Shown here in pieces: positions 37,642-42,898 of a DNA stretch of 42,898 bases. The stretch comes from Myxococcota bacterium (GTDB taxonomy: Bacteria; Myxococcota_A; UBA9042; PHBI01; JAWLBL01). A program made the position numbers and the translations under genes. The stretch covers positions 1-42,898 of the forward strand of contig JAWLBL010000043.1 of NCBI GenBank assembly GCA_041687695.1, in the 5' to 3' direction. Numbering within the stretch: the stretch's first letter is position 1; every line of letters starts with the position of its first letter. Under the pieces are notes generated by a model, which saw only the letters and a list, made by a program, of their open reading frames with translations, made no database searches and was not told the origin of the DNA.

Positions 37642-39933
37642 CTAACGCGAGGCGAGGAACGAGAAGGGGTTGAGGAGGCCGAGCAGGCGGCGCCACCAGC
37701 GGGCGCTGGCGCGCAGCTCGCGGCGCAGGCGGCCGAGGCCCTGGCGCCAGGCGTTCGGATCGCCGCCGGCCGCGCGGCCCGGGTCGCCGAAGCGGGCGGC
37801 CAGGTGCAGGTGGGTCAGCTCGGCGAAGGTGGGCGAGTGCGGGGCGACGCGGCGGGCGAAGCGCTCGCGGGTCTCGCCGTAGCCGCGGGTCCAGGCGGAC
37901 TCGGCCAGCAGGTCGAGCGCGAGGCGGTAGCCGACCCGCGACAGGGCCGGGCCGGTGGCGACGAGGGGGGCCAGGCGGCGCCAGGCCTTCCAGGCGTAGG
38001 CCATGATGAGCAGCGCCAGCGCCAGCACGCCGGCGACGCGCAGCGGGTGGGGCCCGGGGTTGGGCGGCTCGGGCTCGGGCGGCGGCGGCGGCAGGTCGCG
38101 CGCCATCTCGCCCAGGCGGCGGGCCAGCTCGGGGTCGGGGGGCTCGCCCGGCGGGTCCAGGTTGTTGGCGGGCGCGACGTCCAGCACGACCCAGCCCTGC
38201 CCCTCGAGGTACAGCTCGGGCCAGGCGTGGGCGTCGCCGCCGCTGACGACGAGGGTCGAGCCTTGCCGCTTGTCCTCTTCGAGGTGGTAGCCGACGCCGA
38301 CCCGCGCCGGGATGCCCAGCGAGCGCCACATGTAGACGGCGGCGTGGGCGAAGTGGACGCAGTAGCCGGTGAGGTCGCCGAAGAGGAAGTCTGCGGTGGG
38401 GTCGTCGACGCCCGCGTGGCGGTGGCGGGTCGAGTAGGTCGCGTTCTCGTCGAGCCACAGCTTGATGGCCAGCGCCTGCACGAAGGGGTCACCCGCGACG
38501 TGGGCGGGCAGCGCGGCGACGATCTGCCGGGCCAACTCGCCGTAGCGCGCGTCGGTCGGGGCGGTCGTGTACAGCTCGCGCAGGTCGTCGGTCCAGCCGG
38601 GGTCGCCCGCGCCGAGGCCGCGGAGATCGCGGTAGTCGCGCGTCTGGGCCAGCGACTCGAAGGTGTAGGCGCGCACGAACTGCGAGCCGCGCGGGGTCGG
38701 GGCCGGGGCGAACGCGACCGGCGCCTCGAGGGCGAACGGGCGCGCATGCGGGACGATGAGCGCCACCTGGCCGCGGACGCGCGCGCGGCCGAGCGGCTCG
38801 CCGTCGGGGGCGGTCGGCGGGCCGGGCACCTCGAGCCGGCGCGTCGGGAACTGGGCGACGCGGTCGGGGTCCTCGAAGCCTGCGGGGGGCGGGACGAGGC
38901 GGAACCCGTTGTAGTGGCTCCAGGCGTCCTGCCGGAAGTAGAAGGCGCCGGAGGGGGGCGAGTAGTCGTCGCCCAGGATGACGACGGCGACCGGGGCGGC
39001 CTTGCCCTGGCTGCCCGGGTCGTCGCGCTCGAGCTGCTGGTCGGCGGGCAGCGGCTTGCCGTCGGGGCCCAGGCGCTGGCCCGCGCCCGAGCCCTGGCGT
39101 CCATCGGCCGGGCGCAGGCCGCCGCCCTGGGCCAGACGCTCGGACAGGTCCATCGGCTGGTCGCCGCCCTGGCCTCCCCCCGAGCGCTGCTCGGGGCGGG
39201 CGGCTCGTTGCTGCTCGCCCTCGCCGGGGCTCAGCAGGCCCAGGTCGTCAGGGACGTCGGGCTTGGGCGGCTCGACCATGCGCATGGCGAGCAGGACCAA
39301 CAGCCCCATCAGCGGCAGGGCCAGCCACGACGATGTCGACAGGCGCTGGCGGCTGTCCAGCGCGGCCAGCACGACCAGCAGCCCCACGGCCACGCCGCCG
39401 ATGACCAGCAGCGCGCGCGTCGGGTCGTGCCCCTGCTGCCAGGCCCAGTCGCTGAGCCACAGCGGGCGGGCGATGATGCCGTCGCGGTGTGCGGCCAGCA
39501 TGGCGGCCAGGGCGGCCGGCGCGGCGGCAAGCTCGAGGGCCGAGGCGGCGCGGTGGCGCATGGCGAGGGCGCGCAGGGCGCCGGTGACGGCCAGGGCGAC
39601 CGCGAAGTAACGCAGCGCCGCGCCGGCGACCAGCGCGTTGGCCGGCCCCAGGGCGCGGGCGATGCCGGTCGTGCCGACGACGGTCCAGGCGAGGGCCGTG
39701 AACAGCCCCAGGGTCGCGCCGGCCAGCAGCACGATGGCGGGGCCGCGCAGGCGCGAGCGGCCCGCGTAGTGGCCGGCGACCAGCCCGCCCAGGACGCCGA
39801 CGCAGGCCATGACCTGCCCGGCGCGCGAGGTCACGCCCAGAGCGCCCCAGGTCAGGGCCGTGGCGGCGATGCACAGGGCGATGGCGCGCAGGGCGTGCGC
39901 CGAGAGGCGTTGGGCGCGGGAGGCTTCGCTCAT
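37642..39933 (-). CDS. Multi-TM transglutaminase-like protein (TgpA-like)
   Basis: N-terminal TM bundle and a Cys-His-Asp triad in GYCVHFA, AHAWPE and VLD. ATGA-coupled to the DUF58 gene. Confidence 0.88.
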   Translation of the reverse strand: MSEASRAQRLSAHALRAIALCIAATALTWGALGVTSRAGQVMACVGVLGGLVAGHYAGRSRLRGPAIVLLAGATLGLFTALAWTVVGTTGIARALGPANALVAGAALRYFAVALAVTGALRALAMRHRAASALELAAAPAALAAMLAAHRDGIIARPLWLSDWAWQQGHDPTRALLVIGGVAVGLLVVLAALDSRQRLSTSSWLALPLMGLLVLLAMRMVEPPKPDVPDDLGLLSPGEGEQQRAARPEQRSGGGQGGDQPMDLSERLAQGGGLRPADGRQGSGAGQRLGPDGKPLPADQQLERDDPGSQGKAAPVAVVILGDDYSPPSGAFYFRQDAWSHYNGFRLVPPPAGFEDPDRVAQFPTRRLEVPGPPTAPDGEPLGRARVRGQVALIVPHARPFALEAPVAFAPAPTPRGSQFVRAYTFESLAQTRDYRDLRGLGAGDPGWTDDLRELYTTAPTDARYGELARQIVAALPAHVAGDPFVQALAIKLWLDENATYSTRHRHAGVDDPTADFLFGDLTGYCVHFAHAAVYMWRSLGIPARVGVGYHLEEDKRQGSTLVVSGGDAHAWPELYLEGQGWVVLDVAPANNLDPPGEPPDPELARRLGEMARDLPPPPPEPEPPNPGPHPLRVAGVLALALLIMAYAWKAWRRLAPLVATGPALSRVGYRLALDLLAESAWTRGYGETRERFARRVAPHSPTFAELTHLHLAARFGDPGRAAGGDPNAWRQGLGRLRRELRASARWWRRLLGLLNPFSFLASR

Positions 39934-41333
39934 GCGACCTCCTCGTCGAGGGCCGGGTCGGCGTAGGCCGCGTGGGCGGTGATGGCGGCGGCCTCGCTGA
40001 CGACCGCGGCCGGGTCGTGGAAGCGGCCGGTGACGCGGTCGACGACCTGCACCCGGGCGCGGGTGGTGCCCAGGGCGTCCAGGACGCGCTCGACCTGCTC
40101 GACCGGGCTGGGCGGGCCGGGCGCATAGGGGCGCAGGGCGGGGGCGCGGCGGAGGGCGAGGCGCAGCGGCCAGGGGCGACGGTCGCGGGCCTCGACGCCG
40201 TCGGTGCCGACCACGACCTGCAGGGTCATGGCCTTGTGGCTGGCGGCGGCGGCGGCCTCGACGACGCGGTCCAGCCACGGGCCGGGCCGCGGCGGGACGA
40301 AGACGACGGCGTGCAGGGCGCCCGAGCGCTGGGCGGCCTCGAGGAAGGGGACCAGCCCGGCGGCGCCGGCGTCGGTGGGCGTCTCGGACGAGCGGGTGAT
40401 GAGGTCGAGGGCCTGCTCGGGGGTGCGGGCGTGCTCGGGGCAGCCGTCGGCGGCCAGGACCCAGTCGGTGCCCAGCTCGCCCGACTGGACCAGGGCGCGG
40501 GCGGCGCCGGCGGCGGGCTCGTCGTCCGGGCCGGTGACCAGGTAGGCGACGACGCGGCGGGCGGGGCTGACGGCGCGCTCGGGGGTGCGGACGACCAGGG
40601 CGCGGGTGCGGGCGTAGACCTTCCACAGGACGTGGCGGATGGGGTCGCCGGCGGCGTAGCGGCGCATGTCGATGAGGTCGCCGGCGGGGCGGCCGTCGGG
40701 GTGGCCGAGGTCCTCGCCGGCGGCGAGGCCTTCGACGAGGTGGACGCGGTCGAGGGCGCCGGTCGAGGGGGTGAAGTGGGCGTCGCGGGGTTCGGTGCGG
40801 TGGAAGGTGACGGCGGTGAGGCCGAAGACGTCGCGGACCTGGAAGCGGCGGCGGATGGCGGGGCGGACGCCGCGGCGGCGTGGGGTGACGCGCTCGGCGC
40901 GGGCGGGGCCGGCGGGGACGAGGCGGGTCTGGACGGTGGGGTCGTCCCAGCGCCAGTCGGTCTCGACGAAGGGGAGCCAGGCGGGGAAGGCCAGCTCGAA
41001 GCCGGTGTCGGTGGGGGCGCCGCAAGGGGCGGTGAGGTGGTCGGCGCTGCGGGCGCGGCCGGCGCGGCGGGCGAGGGCGGCGGTGCCGAGGAGGGTGCAG
41101 AGGAGGCCGAGGGCGGGCAGGCCCAGGCCGACGGCGCCGACGACCCACAGGACGAGATCCTGGCGGCCCTGGCCATAGACGAAGAGGGCGGCGGAGGCGC
41201 CGGCGCCGACGAGGAGGCCGAGGGGCGTGAGCGGGAACCAGCCGGCCAGGCGGCGGGCGAGGCGGGCGGCGCGCTGGGCGAGGGGCCGGGCGCGGCGGAG
41301 GAGGGGGGCGGGAGCGAGGCGGAGGAGGTCCAA
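39930..41333 (-). CDS. DUF58 domain protein
   Basis: RRG...VRDVFGL and GDLIDMRRYAAGDPIRHVLWK motifs, N-terminal TM pair. The start is uncertain (frame open to 41420). Confidence 0.85.
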   Translation of the reverse strand: MDLLRLAPAPLLRRARPLAQRAARLARRLAGWFPLTPLGLLVGAGASAALFVYGQGRQDLVLWVVGAVGLGLPALGLLCTLLGTAALARRAGRARSADHLTAPCGAPTDTGFELAFPAWLPFVETDWRWDDPTVQTRLVPAGPARAERVTPRRRGVRPAIRRRFQVRDVFGLTAVTFHRTEPRDAHFTPSTGALDRVHLVEGLAAGEDLGHPDGRPAGDLIDMRRYAAGDPIRHVLWKVYARTRALVVRTPERAVSPARRVVAYLVTGPDDEPAAGAARALVQSGELGTDWVLAADGCPEHARTPEQALDLITRSSETPTDAGAAGLVPFLEAAQRSGALHAVVFVPPRPGPWLDRVVEAAAAASHKAMTLQVVVGTDGVEARDRRPWPLRLALRRAPALRPYAPGPPSPVEQVERVLDALGTTRARVQVVDRVTGRFHDPAAVVSEAAAITAHAAYADPALDEEVA

Positions 41334-41561
41334 GGGGGGCGTGGGTCCGGTGTCGGGGGAGGGCCGGCGGGGCGCGCGGGCCGGTGGATGCAACGTAGAT
41401 CGCGCGGGGACGGGGGGCAATCAGGCGGCAGCCAGCGGCGGCGCGGGAGGGGCGCGGGCGCGGGCGGCTGGAATAGCGGCCGCGATGTGTGCGATATCGG
41501 GCGCGGCGCGCGTTGCATTCCCGTCGTGCGGGATGAGGCGGGTGGCGGCGCCGGGAGCATC

Positions 41562-42449
41562 ATGAAGCGTCGAGGGATCGCGATCGGGGTCGCCGCGGTG
41601 GCGTTGGCCGTGCAGGCTGGCGGGTGCGTGGCGCAGAGCAAGTACAACCAGCTCAAGGACGAGCGGAACGCGCTGCGGGCGCAGCTCGACGACGAGGAGA
41701 CGCTGCGGCGGCAGCGCGAGGAGGAGCTGGCGACGCTGCAGGCGCAGCACGAGGCGCTGGTGGCCGAGGCCAGGGCGGCGGGCGAGCGGCTCGCGGCGCT
41801 GGAGGCGGCGCAGGCGAAGCTGAACCAGGCGCTGAAGAAGGCCGAGGGCGAGCGGGCGGGGCTGGTCAAGGACCGCTCGAAGCTGCAGGCGTCGGTGGAG
41901 GAGATGCGCGGGGCGCTGGAGGAGGCGCGGGCGCGCAAGGCGGCGGCCGAGCAGCGCATCGCCGAGTACCGGGACCTGGTGCGGCGGTTTCAGGCGCTCA
42001 TCGACGCGGGCAAGCTGAAGGTGCGCATCATCGATGGGCGGATGGTGGTGCAGCTGGCGACGGACATCCTGTTCCCGTCGGGGTCGCCGGCGCTGTCGCC
42101 CGAGGGCAAGGCGGCCATCGTCGAGGTGACGGGCATCCTGGCGTCGCTCGAGGGGCGGCAGTTCCAGATCGCCGGGCACACCGACAACGTGCCCATCTCG
42201 AACGCGCGCTTCCCGTCGAACTGGGAGCTGGCCTCGGCCCGCGCGGTCACGGTGGTCAAGACCATGGTCGAGGCGGGCATGCCGCCGTTGCGCATCAGCG
42301 CGGCGAGCCACGGCGAGTTCCAGCCGGCGGGCCCCAACACCTCCGACGCCGGCAAGGCGGCCAACCGCCGCATCGAGATCGTCGTCGTGCCGGATCTCTC
42401 GGCCCTCCCCGGCGCCGAGGAGCTCGAGCGCCTCGACACCCAGGGCTGA
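41562..42449 (+). CDS. OmpA/MotB-family peptidoglycan-binding lipoprotein with long coiled coil
   Basis: Lipobox AGGC, coiled coil, ILFPSG, GHTDNVP, NWELASARA, NRRIEI. Confidence 0.9.
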   Translation: MKRRGIAIGVAAVALAVQAGGCVAQSKYNQLKDERNALRAQLDDEETLRRQREEELATLQAQHEALVAEARAAGERLAALEAAQAKLNQALKKAEGERAGLVKDRSKLQASVEEMRGALEEARARKAAAEQRIAEYRDLVRRFQALIDAGKLKVRIIDGRMVVQLATDILFPSGSPALSPEGKAAIVEVTGILASLEGRQFQIAGHTDNVPISNARFPSNWELASARAVTVVKTMVEAGMPPLRISAASHGEFQPAGPNTSDAGKAANRRIEIVVVPDLSALPGAEELERLDTQG

Positions 42450-42457
42450 ACCCGACC

Positions 42458-42552
42458 CCTCGCGAGGCCACCCGCGGTGGCCGCACCTACCTGAGCGCAC
42501 CTCGCGAGGTCACCCCGTGGAGCCGCGCCCAGTGACGACTCCCTGTTGGAGT
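42458..42552. repeat. Palindromic direct repeat (2 x 42 bp) plus hairpin, REP-like or terminator
   Basis: CCTCGCGAGG palindrome at 42458 and 42500, GGCCACC-CGC-GGTGGCC hairpin, GACTCC-N5-GGAGTC hairpin. Confidence 0.5.
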
Positions 42553-42665
42553 CTCCCGGGCTAGGTGTCGACTTGCTTCCGGGTCCCAGAGAGTCCCCAA
42601 CGGGAGGGCTTGGTCCCTCGCAGATCTCCCAGCGATTCGTACCGCTTACAGGCCTTCCGCACGAA

Positions 42666-42696
42666 AGTCCCCAGCGCCCGGGTCATCAGTCCCCGA
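42666..42696 (+). promoter_or_regulatory. Tandem AGTCCCC site, putative enhancer-binding-protein UAS
   Basis: AGTCCCC-N15-AGTCCCCGA, 75 nt from the sigma-54 box, mirroring 205..235. A third AGTCCCC is at 42592. Confidence 0.55.
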
Positions 42697-42768
42697 CTGA
42701 GCCTCGACGCGGCCCATCAGCGCCGTTCCGGCGCCGCAATCCCTGTCCCTTCGTGCACCGAGCCCGAC

Positions 42769-42784
42769 TGGCACACCCCCTGCT
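42769..42784 (+). promoter_or_regulatory. sigma-54 -24/-12 promoter for the gene starting at 42852
   Basis: TGGCACACCCCCTGCT = GG-N10-GC, conserved with 117..132. Confidence 0.7.
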
Positions 42785-42851
42785 CTTCGCCTCCTCCGAA
42801 CCGCCCGGCGTGCGCCTCCCAGCGCCCGCCGGCCCCATTCGGAGGTCCACC

Positions 42852-42898
42852 ATGTCACGCGCCCGCCCGGTCGTCCCCGGAGAGATCGTCCTCATCAC
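42852..42898 (+). CDS. 5' end (partial) of a putative RAYT/IS200-like HUH (Y1) transposase, copy B
   Basis: GGAGG RBS then MSRARPVVPGEIVLI(T). Paralog of 1..47, truncated at the same nucleotide. Confidence 0.5.
   Translation, partial: MSRARPVVPGEIVLI

Overview
Very GC-rich bacterial sequence that looks like Myxococcota (a MYXO-CTERM-like sorting tail, many Cys-rich lipoproteins, an orphan MotB-like lipoprotein). About 30 genes can be supported: two giant Cys-rich surface lipoproteins sharing an N-terminus, a second paralogous Cys-rich lipoprotein pair, a tesA-ybbA-ybbP-type operon, an alpha/beta hydrolase, a coupled heme-oxygenase-like diiron oxidase plus NPPY methyltransferase pair, a GDAP1-like GST, a DUF58-transglutaminase-MoxR-TPR operon and several secreted hypotheticals. 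The most striking structure is non-coding. (1) Both window ends are the first 47 nt of two outward-facing paralogous genes (MSRARPVVPGE...). These are probably RAYT/IS200-like HUH transposases, and each is preceded by a conserved sigma-54 -24/-12 promoter and a tandem AGTCCCC enhancer-like site at identical spacing. (2) A ~410-bp array of ~20 TTCGAA-centred palindromes in 21-22-bp phase follows a conserved helical hypothetical gene. (3) A 198-bp MITE-like element abuts a truncated, frameshifted operon. No rRNA, tRNA or CRISPR-Cas was seen. Family assignments come from motif recognition by eye, not from database searches.
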